Part shown: in pieces, positions 1 through 11,698 of the stretch
Position numbering within the stretch: the stretch's first letter is position 1
How the letters are laid out: each line of letters opens with the position of its first letter
Assembly: GCA_013239625.1 (NCBI GenBank)
Contig: MU054323.1
Span: 18,122,819-18,186,818, forward strand
Source: Lama guanicoe
Lineage: Eukaryota
Direction of reading: 5' to 3'
DNA length: 64,000 nucleotides
Notes under the pieces: model-generated
What the model saw: only the letters and a program-made list of their open reading frames with translations
What the model was told of the DNA's origin: nothing
Databases searched by the model: none
Position numbers and translations under genes: made by a program

Positions 1-140
1 ATTTCCTTTCTTTTTAAGGCTGAAAAAATATTTCACTGTATGTATAGGCTACATTTTGTGTATCTGTTCATCCTTTGAGGGACACTTGGGTTGCTTCTAC
101 CTTTTAACTATTGTGAATGATGCTGCTGTAAACATCAGTG
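1..140 (-). mobile_element. L1 fragment (ORF2 C-terminus/3'UTR region), continues off the window edge
   Basis: tttaaggctgaaa...ggacacttgggttgcttctacctttt...attgtgaatgatgctgct is the antisense of the conserved L1 3' region. Confidence 0.85.
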
Positions 141-169
141 TACGAATTATGTACTTAAGAAGGGTACTT

Positions 170-510
170 TCTGATGGGAAAGTCAAGATTCACAATAGAG
201 TATATCCTTATGAATATTTATGCATCACATAACATAGCAGTCACCTTTATAAAAATATAGCGATCTCCTTTATAAAAGCAATCTATAGGAGATGCCAGCA
301 GAAGGAACCACAGTAATAAAAGGAGAAGTTCGCATAGTGCTCTTACTACAGGAAAGATGAAGGACAAATAATAAGATGAAAAACTTAAGATCTGCATCAG
401 TTATGTTTTTATGAATAGATATCACTCTATTCCCTGACAATAGAAAACTTTCTTCTGTAGTTTATGCAACATTCACACAATTTGGTTATGTATTACTATT
501 ACACATACAA
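170..510 (+). mobile_element. Ancient L1 ORF2 endonuclease-domain remnant
   Basis: aatatttatgcatcacataacatagca reads NIYASHNIA (cf. L1 NIYAPN); later ttcttctgtag...acattcacacaa resembles the FFSSAHGTF..IDH region. Confidence 0.6.
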
Positions 511-524
511 AAATAGAGTAAATT

Positions 525-655
525 CAGTGGTATGATGGTAAATATTTAACAAGCAGCTCTCTAGGGGGAAGAACCCTGATTTATAGGATTTACTCATTTA
601 TGTGATGCAAATCCTCTGATAGCTGATTTGAAGTTACCAATGTAATGTCACTGAT
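525..655. mobile_element. MER63-like hAT-Blackjack DNA transposon fragment
   Basis: cagtggtatgatggtaaatatttaacaagcagctctc...ccctgattt...aagttaccaatgtaatgtcactg resembles the recalled MER63 end. Confidence 0.55.
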
Positions 656-659
656 GGAG

Positions 660-870
660 TCCTGTGCAGCTGTCAGAAGAATGGGGAAAACCTCTGTGAA
701 CTGATACAGAGGGATATTCCAGGGTGTACTGGTTAAGTGAAGAAAGTAATGTGTAGAAAGTGTAATAAAGGACCCTTCATACAGGTAAAAAGAAAATAAG
801 AAAACACACCTGGATCTGCTCATTTGTGTAAATAAATACAGGAACCTTATATCAGAAGCTAATGACAGGC
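660..870 (+). mobile_element. Old L1 (L1MC/ME-type) 3' end fragment
   Basis: tgcagctgtcagaagaatgggg...tgaactgatacagagggatattccaggg...gttaagtgaagaaag. Confidence 0.6.
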
Positions 871-911
871 TCCATGTAAAACTGGTGTCCTGAATCGCGA
901 CAGATTGTTTT

Positions 912-1160
912 GAGAAGTATTGTTGACTACAGTGTTAGTTTCAGGTGTACAACACAGTGGTTCGACAGCTAACAAACTTTATGAAATGATCACCAGGGTA
1001 AGTCTAGTAACCATCTGCCACCATACAAAATTATTAGTGTTATCGACCACATTCCTTGTGCTGTATATTATACCCCCAGGACATTTATTTTTTAATTGAA
1101 AGTTTGTACTTCTTAATCCCCTTCACCTATTTTGCACCCCCTTCACTCTGGCAACCACCA
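912..1160 (-). mobile_element. L1 3' tail, 5'-truncated
   Basis: gaagtattgttgact...gttagtttcaggtgtacaaca...gaaagtttgtacttctt...ctctggcaaccacca. Confidence 0.8.
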
Positions 1161-1217
1161 GTGAAATTTGTTTTTTTCTCCCTATCCCCCACCACATACA
1201 AGTCCTCCCTCCCTCCC

Positions 1218-1405
1218 TCGTAGTGAGAACTCCTGAAAATATACCCTCTTAACACAGTTTTAAGTTCACAATACAGTGTTATTATCTGTAGCTGTAGAGC
1301 AGGACTCTAGAATTTGCACTTTATACCTGTTGAACAGCAGCTCCCCATTTCTCCTTCCCCCCAGCCCCCGGGGAACCACTGTTCTATTCTGTTTCTGTGA
1401 CCTTG
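1218..1405 (-). mobile_element. L1MA-type 3'UTR fragment
   Basis: gtagtgagaac...aatacagtgttatt...ctccccatttctccttcccccagccc...accactgttctattctgtttctgtga. Confidence 0.7.
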
Positions 1406-1999
1406 ATTATTGTTGCATCTGGCCAAAGACAGGTTTGGCCTTTAAGCAGGTCTCAAGGGCCTGGGTTAACTAGCCTTTTAAGGGGCCCGTTCTGTTTGTT
1501 AGTCTGTTAAACATTTGACAGATACTCCAACTCTTATAATCAGTGCGAACGAGGAAAAAGAGATTCTAGATTGATGCAAAACCATGATGACTTCCCCGCC
1601 CCGGAACCAATGGGGTGTGTAGTTGAGTTACCTACAGACGGGCTTCCTGTCCCCTTTGGGGCCCTCAGTCTGGCTGTTTCTGTGTTAGAGCCTAAAGATG
1701 CTTGTCCTGAGACCCCTGTGGTTAAAGGCCAGCAGCTCTGACTGTTCCTTGATAGAAACTCCTCCAGTGTCTAGTGGGTTATGGTCAAGTGTCAGTGGAA
1801 AAGCAGACAAAGCCAGCCCCATTATTATAATTTGGGGCATATGTTACCTGGGGAAGTAGTAAGACAAAGGCAGAAATAATAAGAGCTCAGAGGTGGGAAT
1901 TTTAATACCTTATCGCTGTCTCTGTGTTTATATATCCTAGCAATTGAAATAGGAAAAAAACCCCCAGCATTTTAGACAGGCAGTCACGTATGGGGAAAG

Positions 2000-2190
2000 A
2001 AGAGTGGATCTGTATCCCACAGACCCAAATTTAAATCCCGATTCAGGCACCTGTTGGATATAACCTTTGCAAACTGCTTAAATTCTCTGAGCCTCAGTTT
2101 CCCTATCTATAAGACAGATCACCCTTTTGTTGAGCTGTTATAAGAACTGGACACAGCACTATATATATCGTGTGTGTACTGGGTTTACAG
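2000..2190 (+). mobile_element. MIR SINE
   Basis: MIR core ttctctgagcctcagtttccctatctataa. Confidence 0.7.
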
Positions 2191-2671
2191 TCAGTGCTAG
2201 GTCGTTCCCTCCGACTCTTAGCTCAAAATTTTATACCTTTTCATTCATTTCTGTATTTTTTTCTTTTTAGTTCCCATTCACCTTCTCAGCTGCTTAATTA
2301 CAGGGATTCCCCATGGTAGACTCTGCCTTTTTCTTCCTTACTCTATATTCCATAGAGGGCTTCCCTCTACCCTTGGTTTTAATTAGGATTTCCTTTCCCT
2401 GAGAGGAAACTATCAGTATAAAAACTGTTTATATTGATTAATACAAGATGTTGCGAAACTTCATTGATTTCTAACTTAGGGATCATTTAATCTCACTATC
2501 TATTGAAGACCTCCTATGCATAAGGTATGGAGATCAAGTCATAAATGAAACTGAGACTTTCGAAGGAGTCTGGTTGTAAACCAATAAAAAAATATATAAG
2601 CAAGATAATAAATACTATAAAATACCACTTTTATTATGATGTTTAAATAATTTTAAACTAAGAAATATTTC

Positions 2672-2762
2672 TTTTTTTTTAATGGAGGTACGTACTAGGT
2701 GTTAAACCTAGGACCTTGTATATGCTAAGTATATGCTCTACCACTGAGCTATTCCCCTCCCC
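2672..2762 (-). mobile_element. Camelid tRNA-derived SINE (Vic-1-like), short form
   Basis: Reverse complement gggaggggaatagctcagtggtagagcatatacttagc...cctaggtttaacacctagtac...ctccattaaaaaaaa; Pol III A/B boxes followed by an A tail. Confidence 0.85.
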
Positions 2763-3879
2763 ACTATTTTACTAAATAAACTGAAAAACAAACTTTAAAT
2801 AATAAAAGCAGAATGATACAGGTGGAATAGAGATGCATGGACCGTGTTATGGAGCATTAAAGTCATTAGTAAATGACCAGAGAAATCTTTGCAAAGAAGA
2901 TGCATTTAGAGTAGGTCTTAAAGAGGAAAACCATTTGAAAATGAGATTATTTGGTGTCTTAGCTTAATTTTATTCAAAGCATATGAAAGGGGAGAGCAGA
3001 GATCAGAAGAGATCTAGGCAAACAACGTATATAATGCTCCCCATTTTAATTTTTCCATTGGGCAGAACGTTGTTACAGGGCAAAGAGTTGGGAGAAAAGG
3101 CATTGTTTTCCCCCATGGAGTCATTTATAAGAAGTCATAAAAAGAGCCAGTACCAGGAAATTACCTCTTCTTTTATTGAGACTAGCTAAGGACTTGGTTT
3201 AATAGAAGCAACTCATTAGGGAGAGAAGGGTAATAATCTCAATTATGATCCCTTCTCATCTTGTTGTGCGGAAACAGCAGAACACTGAAGCCTAGCTGCA
3301 GAAGGAGGACGGATGCCCAGATCCTTGCTGTGACACTGATGGAAGTAGTACGTCAACCTGGGGACACTGTTGGAGGGAGACACAAGTCCACATGGCACTG
3401 TGTTTTGGGTGAAGCTTGTAGAACGATTGCTGTATTGAGCAGCAGTCAATTGATTTGAGTAAGAATATTTTGCCTGTTGTTTTGAATGGTGCTTTGAACA
3501 AAGTTAGCTGTACAGGTTTGCTTGTGAAGTAAACCTCCAGAATCAGAAAATCCAGACTCACTCACAGCTGTACGACTTGAGAACCTTGGTTTCTTCATGA
3601 ATCAAACCAACCAATGTGAATTCTTGTTCGGGTTGGTGAGGGGATCAAAGGCCCAAATCTGGAGAAACAGTGTAAAACTGCTAAAATTCACATTAGTTGT
3701 TATTCAGGGGCACAGTGCTAAATCAGCCAGTAAATTAATAGACATACATAGTTAGCTTTGTCCCAGGAAAGCAGGGATTTTTCTCATTCTGTGGAGAAAT
3801 CTGAAAAGTCTTACTACTGAGTTCTTAACTTGGATGGTTTTGATAATAGCTATAAATTATGACTCGATTTCCTTCAAAA

Positions 3880-4185
3880 TAATGTCTTTCAAACTGTAGG
3901 CAACAGCCATTATTGAGCCATGGCATCAATTTAGAGTTGTCACTAGGGTTTTTTTTCCCTTAATGAAACAGAAAATGTAGAATATACTAGAATACAAAAG
4001 AAAACACTCAACTGTATCAGGCAGTAAGGGTACAAACTTTTAAATGAAGCATTTGTTATATACCTGGACACATAAGTGTGCACATATGTGCGCACGCACA
4101 CATACATACTTTAACAAGTGCTAGTTAGAAATGTCAAATGTATTTCTTGAAATGGCTTGCAGTCAACTTTTGGAAACGTTTGCTG
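3880..4185. mobile_element. hAT-Charlie MITE (MER103-like)
   Basis: tctttcaaactgtagg...catcaatttag...agtaagggta...aaatgtatttctt...tttggaaac resembles the recalled MER103 consensus. Confidence 0.5.
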
Positions 4186-4209
4186 TAGAGTATTAACGAT
4201 GAAAGACGC

Positions 4210-4800
4210 TCAAATCTTTACCTCCTCTTGGATTTCTCATAAGCCTTATTTTCTACATTCTCAAGTGCCTATTGGACGTTTTCTCCAGGTTGTGTAGCTT
4301 TCATCTCAAAGCGATATTCCTAAATCTGAACTCTCTACCTTTAGATCATTTTATTCTACCAAATCTCTACTTCTGTTTATTCACCCTACTCCCAGCTACG
4401 CTTGAGCAAGCCCTGTGTAATTTTCAGCCGTTGCCTGTCTCTTCCCTCTCTCCCTCATCTTTAATCAGTGGGGGTAGAGAGGGTGTGGAACTAATATTAA
4501 TTAAGTTCCTGGCATTTATCAGGCACCTGGCCACATGTTTTATGTATGTTCCTTCACGTAATTCTCACAGTATCCTTATAATGAAATGAGGCTCAAAGAG
4601 GTGGTGTGACCAGCCCAAGGTCACAGAAATTGTATTTACGTAGAGTAGCTCTTTTATTTCTGCCTGTTTAAGTATCTGACTCCCAAATACTTACGTCTTC
4701 TGTTAGATTCTGTCACCTTCCCAAATGTACTCTCTTTAAAATTGTTTCTACAGCAGCTCAGAGTGATGTTGGAGCAGTTACAATCCAGAATGACAATCAC
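4210..4800 (+). mobile_element. L2 fragment, interrupted by a MIR
   Basis: caagtgcctattggacg...catctcaaa...aaatctgaactc; continues after the MIR with cagcagctcagagtgat. Confidence 0.5.
4490..4685 (-). mobile_element. MIR SINE
   Basis: aattctcacag...aaatgaggctcaaagaggtggtgtgaccagcccaaggtcacag. Confidence 0.75.
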
Positions 4801-5528
4801 TGCATGATCTGGGATTTACTATTAGGGCTCATATTGCTGGAAAGGACTTCTGAGCTCTAAACTGTTGTTTTACAAAAGACATAATTAAGACACAGAAAGC
4901 TTAAGTGACTTGACTGAAGCCATAGTCCACATAGTGGCAGATCCTTGGCCAGAATTCAGGTTTTGAATTTAGTACAATATTCTTTTCATCTCTCTTACTA
5001 GTCTGAGGAAGTGGAAGAAAGGGTGCAGTGGCAAAACCCAGAATATCCACAGAGCAAAGAGCTCTTCAGCGCCCCAAGGTGTCAGAGTCTCTAGATGAAA
5101 TGCGCTCCTTGTCAAATTCTTAGAATCAGAAATCCTTGGAGACTTTTTTATTTTTGAATCATCATGGGTCAGTATACTTCTACAAGCCCTTTACTGGCCA
5201 ATGCTGTATGTCCTGTATGAATGAAATTCTTTCAAGAAAAGAGAATAAAGTTGAGAAATCCTATAAATGGGCCCTCTCATGATTTGAGAATTCTAAGTAT
5301 TAGAGAAATAGCCTCACTGAGTCTTTTGTCTTCCCTCTGGGGCTCCGGCTGACCAAGCAAGGGTGGGGTTTAGGTCAAGCTCAAGGCTGTAGAAGGGCAG
5401 GACGTGGGTTTTACGTGCCTGCTCCTCGTCCTTCCATTTCATCTCTTTATATGCTCTGTGATCCCTACCTTGGTCCCCTGACTCATTGACATATTTCAAC
5501 TTTTGGTGGCTCCATTATGATTTTGTTA

Positions 5529-5692
5529 TTTAAAATTTTTTTCTTTATTGACGTGTGGTTGATTTACAGTGTTAGCTTCAGATGTACAGCAAAGTGATTC
5601 AGTTACACATATACATACATATTTTTTTTCAGGTTCCTTTACATTGTATGTTGTTACAAGAAGTCGAATATAGTTCCCTGTGCTGTACAGTA
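5529..5692 (-). mobile_element. Short L1 3' tail with TSD
   Basis: tttattgacgtgtggttgatttacag...tatagttccctgtgctgtacagta; direct repeat gattttgtta at 5519-5528 and 5693-5702. Confidence 0.85.
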
Positions 5693-6974
5693 GATTTTGT
5701 TAAGTTTTGACTTTGGCTAAGTTCAAGTTAAGGTTTCCTTCATCTCCATTTCTCTCTCAACCCTGGCAAAACCACTTTTACATTCCTCAAAGTGCTTTTC
5801 ATTTGCTTTTTTCATCGGGAGTTAGGAGGTTCTTAGTTCAGATTTCTGGCAGCTTTGCAGGCAAAATTTGGTAAGGATTGTTCAGTGGTTACACAGTCTC
5901 TTTAATATCGGACCTCCAGTGTCCTTGAGATAGGCAGAATTGGTACATCAAAAGTAGAACCTTTATTTGAACACATTCTCTCTATGATAAAAATCACTTT
6001 AAAATGCAAAAGAGTGTTGGATTATTGATGGACTTAACTGAGTGTTTAAAGATATACACTATAAACTGTCCTACACGCAGGTCAGCCTAAGGTAAAAGTA
6101 TAGTTCCTTTATTTATTGTGATTTAAAGTCATTGATGACTTCAGAAGACCAGACCATTAGTTGTGAGACCAGGAATAATTTTATCATGTGAGAGTCTCCA
6201 TTAATATCCTGAATTCAATGTTTGTTTTTACTTAGAAGGAAAACAACACTGCAGAACAAATGGAGAAATTAAATATCGCTCCACATCATGTGTGCCATGG
6301 TCTTTTCTACCTTTGTGCTTTATATTGTGCCAGTCCCTCCCCTCTCCCCTCTGGAATTCCTATCTTGCCAGCACCTCTTCTGTAAGTTCTTCTCAGTTAA
6401 ACAACTACTGTCTTAAGTTGCCAGAGTCTTTGTCAAATCCTTAGGACCAGCAGTCCTAGGAAAGTTTTTCTAAATCATCCTGGATTAATATGCCTCTAAA
6501 AGCCCTTCTTCATTGGTCAAATGCTGTGAGTTATTTGAATGCAATTCCACCAAGAAAAGGGCATAAAATTGTTAAAATTCTCAGCTGCACCATGAAAATT
6601 AATTTTACTGCACCAGCCCACACAGATAGCCCAGTATTCTGAGAACTGTTACCCTTAAGCCCACACAGTTTAGTATTTAATTTTCCTCTAATTGTTTTGA
6701 GAGTTTTTTTTTTTTTGTAGCCACACTAGGTAAGAATCTATATACACTTATTAAGTGTCTACTATGTAAGGCACTGCTTGGCGCTGGGAGAGATTTTTTT
6801 TTTTAATGGAGAAATTGTCAGTGACCTCAGATGACTGACTCGCATTCATCAGATACGCATTTATTGAGCACGTTCTGCAGGATGGGTCCTGTATTAGATA
6901 TTGGAGATACTACATTCATCAAAAAGTCACATGGCTGTAATCAACGGGGAACCTAACCAACAGGTGATTAAATT

Positions 6975-7178
6975 AGGGGTCGACATACTTTCTGCCAAGG
7001 ACCAGATATTAAATATTTAAGGCTTTTCCATATGGGCTTTATTGCAGCTACTCAATTCAGCCATTGTAGGAGCAGCAGTAGACAATATGGAGATGAATGG
7101 GCATGGCTATATTTCAATAAACAATTATTTACAAAAACAGGAAGTGGGCAAGATTTGGCCCAGAGCCATAGTTTGCTG
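6975..7178. mobile_element. MER58A hAT-Charlie MITE
   Basis: aggggtcgacatactttctg...aaatattt..ggcttt...gcagctactcaa...aatgggcatggct...tttacaaaaacagg...gatttggccc...tagtttgctg. Confidence 0.85.
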
Positions 7179-7269
7179 GTTTAAACAGATAAGCCTTTAG
7201 TGTTCTCAGGTAATAAGGTGCCACTAGGTAGCCGCTCCTGGGAGTTAGAGGCTCGGTCATGGTCGTGCC

Positions 7270-7560
7270 ACCTTCCCTGAAATTTTCTTGGTTTTCTCCT
7301 TGTGGTTTCAGGATGACTACTGTCCTCCAGCTATTATGATGCCACTCAAGGTGGGAATAGCAGGTAAAGGAAAAGGGCTAGGACACTGAAGAATATTGTT
7401 TTTTTAGTAGAAATCCTCATAGCAGACTTTCATGTCTCATGGACCAAAACTCCTTGCTGCTAGGAAGGCTGGCAACACAGGTGTTTGACTTTTTATTTTT
7501 ACTGGGAGATGTGGCAAGGGAGAGAGGGTTGGCAATGGCTTGGGAGGAAGCCAGTGATGA
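7270..7560 (-). mobile_element. Old ERVL-MaLR (MLT1-type) LTR fragment
   Basis: caggatgactactgtcctccag...cagcagactttcatgtctcatggaccaaaact...ggaaggctgg. Confidence 0.5.
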
Positions 7561-8329
7561 CTACAAACAGTGGTCAAGACAATTCCTGTCTTTAGGGAGC
7601 TAAAAAAAATTGGTGGGGTTTATTGTTTAGATGAACAGTTAACAGATAATTCTATAAATACGGTGTGCAATGGGAGGGGTCAGCCTAGAGTCCCATGGAG
7701 TCGAACGGAAGGACATAGCATAGCTTTGAGTGGGGGTAGGTTTGAGGGGAGTCAGGGAAGTCATGTCTGATTTGAGATGAGAAGAGAGAAATGGCCTGTA
7801 GATAAAAGTATTATGTACACTAATTGTGGAAACAAGGAGCCATAAACCATCAGAGGGGAAAGAGCTCAGGTGGGTTCTTTTGGTTTATTTTGTCATTTTA
7901 CTGGAAAATTGATTGGATTATCAATGGGTAAAGATGATGGAGGAAGAGTGTTTTCAGGTGATAGGGAGAGAGTGAGCCAAGGTTAAAGAAGGGGGAAAGG
8001 AAATGTGGATAAAGAGGCCCCGCTCTTCCTGGTACACCAAGGGTCAGGCCTCCATTTGGAGAGCATGGCCAGTAATTGGTAAGGGGGAGGCGCAGTGCAC
8101 GGCTAATTCCAGCCGATCATGGCATTGGCTCCAGCTCCAGGCGAGGGAGCTCTGTTCACAAAACATAGCCAAGTTAGCACAGATTTGAGACACTGAAGTC
8201 AGTAAAGCCAAGGAGGGAATCGTGCAGTCAGGTGGCACGGAGGGCAGAGGTCCAAGCAAGTTTAAAGCTAAGAGCAGATACATTCTCATCAGTTTTTAAG
8301 AGTGTCTTTTTCACTGTATGCTTGCCAGC

Positions 8330-9230
8330 TTTGAATATTCTATTAAAAAACTTGTTTTTGATTTTTGAATGTTAACTTGTTTACTTAGTGTATTTCTGTT
8401 AGCCATTTTGTGCATTTTTTTCTTCCTGATTAGTACAAATCTTTTGGTCTTTTAATAAAAGGACACTATCCTCTAATCACCCTTCTGGAACATATTTCCT
8501 CAGCTTATTTGCTTTTTTTTTTTTAAAGTACAGTTGCTTAAAATATTAACTTCAGATATATGCCATAGTGATTCAATGTTTATATACGTTATACACCATA
8601 CAAAATTATTTCAGTATTATTGACCATATTCCCTACAGCCATTGTGGAAAACTGTATAAAGGCTCCTCAAAAAATTAAAAATAGAACTACCATAAGATCC
8701 AGCAACTGCACTTCTGGATATTTATCTGAAGAAAACAAAAACACTAATTTGAAAAGATATATGCACCCCAATGCTTATTGAAGCATCATTTACAATTGCC
8801 AAGATATAGAAGCAGCCTAAGTGTCCATTGACAGATAAATGGATAAAGATGAGGTATATACATGCAATGGAACATTACTCAGCCATAAAAAAGAATGAAA
8901 TCCTGCCATTTGCAACAATGTAGTTGGACCCAGATGGTATTATGCTAAGTGAATTCAGTCAGACAGAAGAAGACCACACATTTTCACTTATATGTGGAAT
9001 CTAAAAACAAAACAAACGAACAAATAGAACAAGACAGAAACAGACTCACAGATAAGAGAGAACAAACTCATGGTTGCCAGAGGGGAGCAGGCTCAGGGGA
9101 TGGGCAAGACAGTTGAAAGAAATGAAGTGATACAAACTACCAGTTACTTTTAAAACTTTTATCCTTGTGATTTTGTTCACACTTTTTATGTAAGTGAATT
9201 TATTATTATATAATCAAGTTTATTTTTATT
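8330..9230 (-). mobile_element. Old L1ME-type ORF2 remnant, interrupted at 8513-9147
   Basis: catatttcctcagcttatttgctttt | aaaacttttatccttgtgattttg reads contiguously as antisense L1 once the insert is removed. Confidence 0.5.
8513..9147 (-). mobile_element. 5'-inverted (twin-primed) L1: tail 8513-8633 on minus, inverted segment 8634-9147 on plus
   Basis: polyT plus antisense tail, then sense tacagccattgtggaaaac...gatacaaactaccagttac. Confidence 0.8.
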
Positions 9231-9465
9231 TTTCTCCCTGAAAGAATAAGCAGACAAGATAATCCATATACAGTGACCAGAACTAATTCCTAAGGCTCAT
9301 ATGGAGACAGCCAGGTTGACAAAGTGGAGCAATCTGTAGGTATCATACGTTCCAGGCGCAGGCAGCTGCGAATTGCTTTTTCGGAGGCAATTGCTTGTGG
9401 ATGTGATTGCATCACCAGAGAAGGGAAGTTCCTTTGGGTTCAGTCAACAAATGAAACTCTTCTCA

Positions 9466-9655
9466 GGGGAGGGTATATCTCAGTGGTAGAGTTTGAGCTT
9501 AGCATGCACCAGGTCCTGGGTTCAAACCCAGTACTTCCATTAAAAAATCAATGAATAAACCTAATTACTTCCACCTCGCCTCAAAAAACAAAACAACAAC
9601 AACAAAAAGAATTTTAAAGATGTGCAAAATCAATAAGAGAGCTCAAAAAAATCAA
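9466..9655 (+). mobile_element. Vic-1-like SINE, long-tail form
   Basis: ggggagggtatatctcagtggtagag...gtcctgggttcaaacccagtacttcc...aaacctaattac...aaagatgtgcaaaatcaataagagagctcaaaaaa. Confidence 0.85.
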
Positions 9656-10123
9656 TTTTTTGAACTTTTATTGATTTATAATCATTTTACAATGTTGTGT
9701 CAAATTCCAGTGTTCAGCACAATTTTTCAGTCATACATGGACATATACACACTCATTGTCACATTTTTTTCTCTGTGAGCTACCTACCATAAGATTTTGT
9801 GTATTTTTCCCTGTGCTATACAGTATAATCTTGTTTTATCTATTCTACAGTTTTGAAATCCCAGTCTATCCCTTCCCACCCTCCGCCCCCCTGTCAACCA
9901 GAAGTCTGTATTCTATGTCTGTGAGTCTATTTCTGTCCTGTATTTACGCTTTGTTGTTTTTTGTTTGTTTGTTTGTTTTTGTTTTTTAGATTCCACATAT
10001 GAGCGATCTCATATGGTATTTTTCTTTCTCTTTCTGGGTTACTTCACTTAGAATCACATTCTTCAGGAGCATCCATGTTGCTGCAAATGGCGTTATGTTG
10101 TCAGTTTTTATGGCTGAGTAGTA
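9655..10123 (-). mobile_element. Young-type L1 3' end, 5'-truncated
   Basis: Highly similar to 45754-46185 (ttttattgatttataatcattttacaatgttgtgtcaaatt...tttttatggctgagtagta). Confidence 0.9.
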
Positions 10124-10339
10124 GTAATTTTTTTTTATAAAAGAAACTGCTGAAAACACAGGTGGAGAAGCACAGCTTTGCCCAAGTCTATGGATTGATT
10201 ATACCTATAATAACAAATGATCACTTCTGTGATACACTTCCCATCTAACAGGGTATCTCTAGGAAGCAAACACTATCTTCATATTTAGGAGTCTACAGTT
10301 TCATGGACTTCTATAATACAGAGAATGAGACTGAAATGC

Positions 10340-10790
10340 AAGGCCTTGTTTTATGTATTTCTTAAAAATTATAAACTTAACTTGTAAAGTTAAAATTCCT
10401 CAAAGAAAATGATTTACTTTCATCATCCGGACACAGTACTGTTAACATTTCTGTAAATGTCTTTTTTAATAAGCACTTTTAACATTTGAATTCTTTCTGT
10501 GTGAACAACTATGTGCCCTGCACATCCACCTAATAGTAAATGAAGGCATTTTCCTTTGTTATTCAAAACCATTCTGGTAGCTATTTTAATAGCTGCATAA
10601 CGTAATATATACCCTGCTATTCTTTTTGTAGAATTTTTTTTCCATTTTTGTCACTGTTACATGTAATTCGCTGCTGAACATCTTTGTGCTTTTCCCACAG
10701 TTATTATTTTTCCTTTGGTTATTTCTAAGAGGTGAATTTGTGGAGTCAAAGCATATGAACTTCATTGAGTCTCACATTGAGTATACGGAC
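10340..10790 (-). mobile_element. Old L1ME-type 3' remnant
   Basis: ttttaatagctgcataa...tgctgaacatctttgtgc...atttctaagaggtgaatttgtggagtcaaagcatatg. Confidence 0.6.
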
Positions 10791-11511
10791 AAATATAAAT
10801 ATTTACCTTTTCAGACAGAGAACTTGGCTGTTTTCCGTATGTTTAGTTTTGCCTGGTTGACTAAGGCTCAAAGCCTTTAGGTTGATGTGTCATTGCTCGC
10901 CCTGGACCCTATTAGAAGGAAGGCAGAAAGAGGGGTCAGCATGGCAGTGCCCAGGGGATGGACTTCAGATGAGCAGTTAAGTGTAGAAAACTGAGGGTTT
11001 TGGAATAGAGATTCAACTGTGCGCCAAATCTTTTACTGCTCAGGGTGTATGGCGCTGGGAGCTTGTTTAATGACCTCCCAGAGCTTCCTTATACAAGGCA
11101 GTGGTTTTGCTGGATGGTACTATTAACATACAGACTCTTCAGAAGCAACAAGGATTCTGGGGAGGAGAGACACCCATGAGCCCGGAGACCGCTTTGGCAC
11201 AGTGAATCAGCTTTGGCCGCACCCGTCCTGCCAGGCTCGTGTTGATGTATTGGAAACCCCGTGTCCCTCTTGGGCATCTGTGGGCAGGCATTCAGGATGG
11301 ATGGCCAGCTGCAGAAAATGCATCCATGCTCACAGAGGGAAATCCTCTTCCAGCAGCCACCAAGGGAGCTGGAGGAAATTTATTTTCAGCAAGAATTTAC
11401 TCTGTAAATTACATTGAACACTGTGGGATTAGGAACAAAATTTGGAAGTTCTCTTTTTCAAGTTCCTAATTGGCTGGGCAGCAAGTTTTTTTTCTTTCTT
11501 CTCATACGTAT

Positions 11512-11689
11512 AGCTATTCTCAGGCTTTGCTGTGAACCAGAATCACCCATGGAGCTTATTAAAATGCATACCCTCAGGCCATGCCCCTAGACACTCTGAT
11601 TCAGTAGCTAGGAGTTGGGGCCCAGGAATCTGCCCCTTTTAGGTGATGCTGACTCAGGTACTTGTTTGGCTACAGGTGGAGAAACACTG
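11512..11689. mobile_element. MER5A hAT-Charlie MITE
   Basis: cagaatcacc...cttattaaaatgca...ctctgattcagtag...ggggcccaggaatctgc...aggtgatgctga...gagaaacactg. Confidence 0.85.
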
Positions 11690-11698
11690 ACCTGGGGG

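Larger units (their letters stand above)
6730..7980 (-). mobile_element. L2 3' region, split by MER58A and an LTR
   Basis: catttattgagcacgttctg...ggagatac at 6840-6960 resumes near 7565 (gacaattcctgtctttagggagct...gagtcagggaag). Confidence 0.6.

Noticed and set aside
7310..7350. Exon-like segment after ttttctccttgtggtttcag
   Set aside because: Lies within an MLT1-like LTR fragment and has a weak donor
9466..9540. tRNA-Ala-like sequence (also at 2690, 14790, 18197 and 32518)
   Set aside because: Divergent copies followed by A-rich tails and TSDs; these are SINE heads, not tRNA genes
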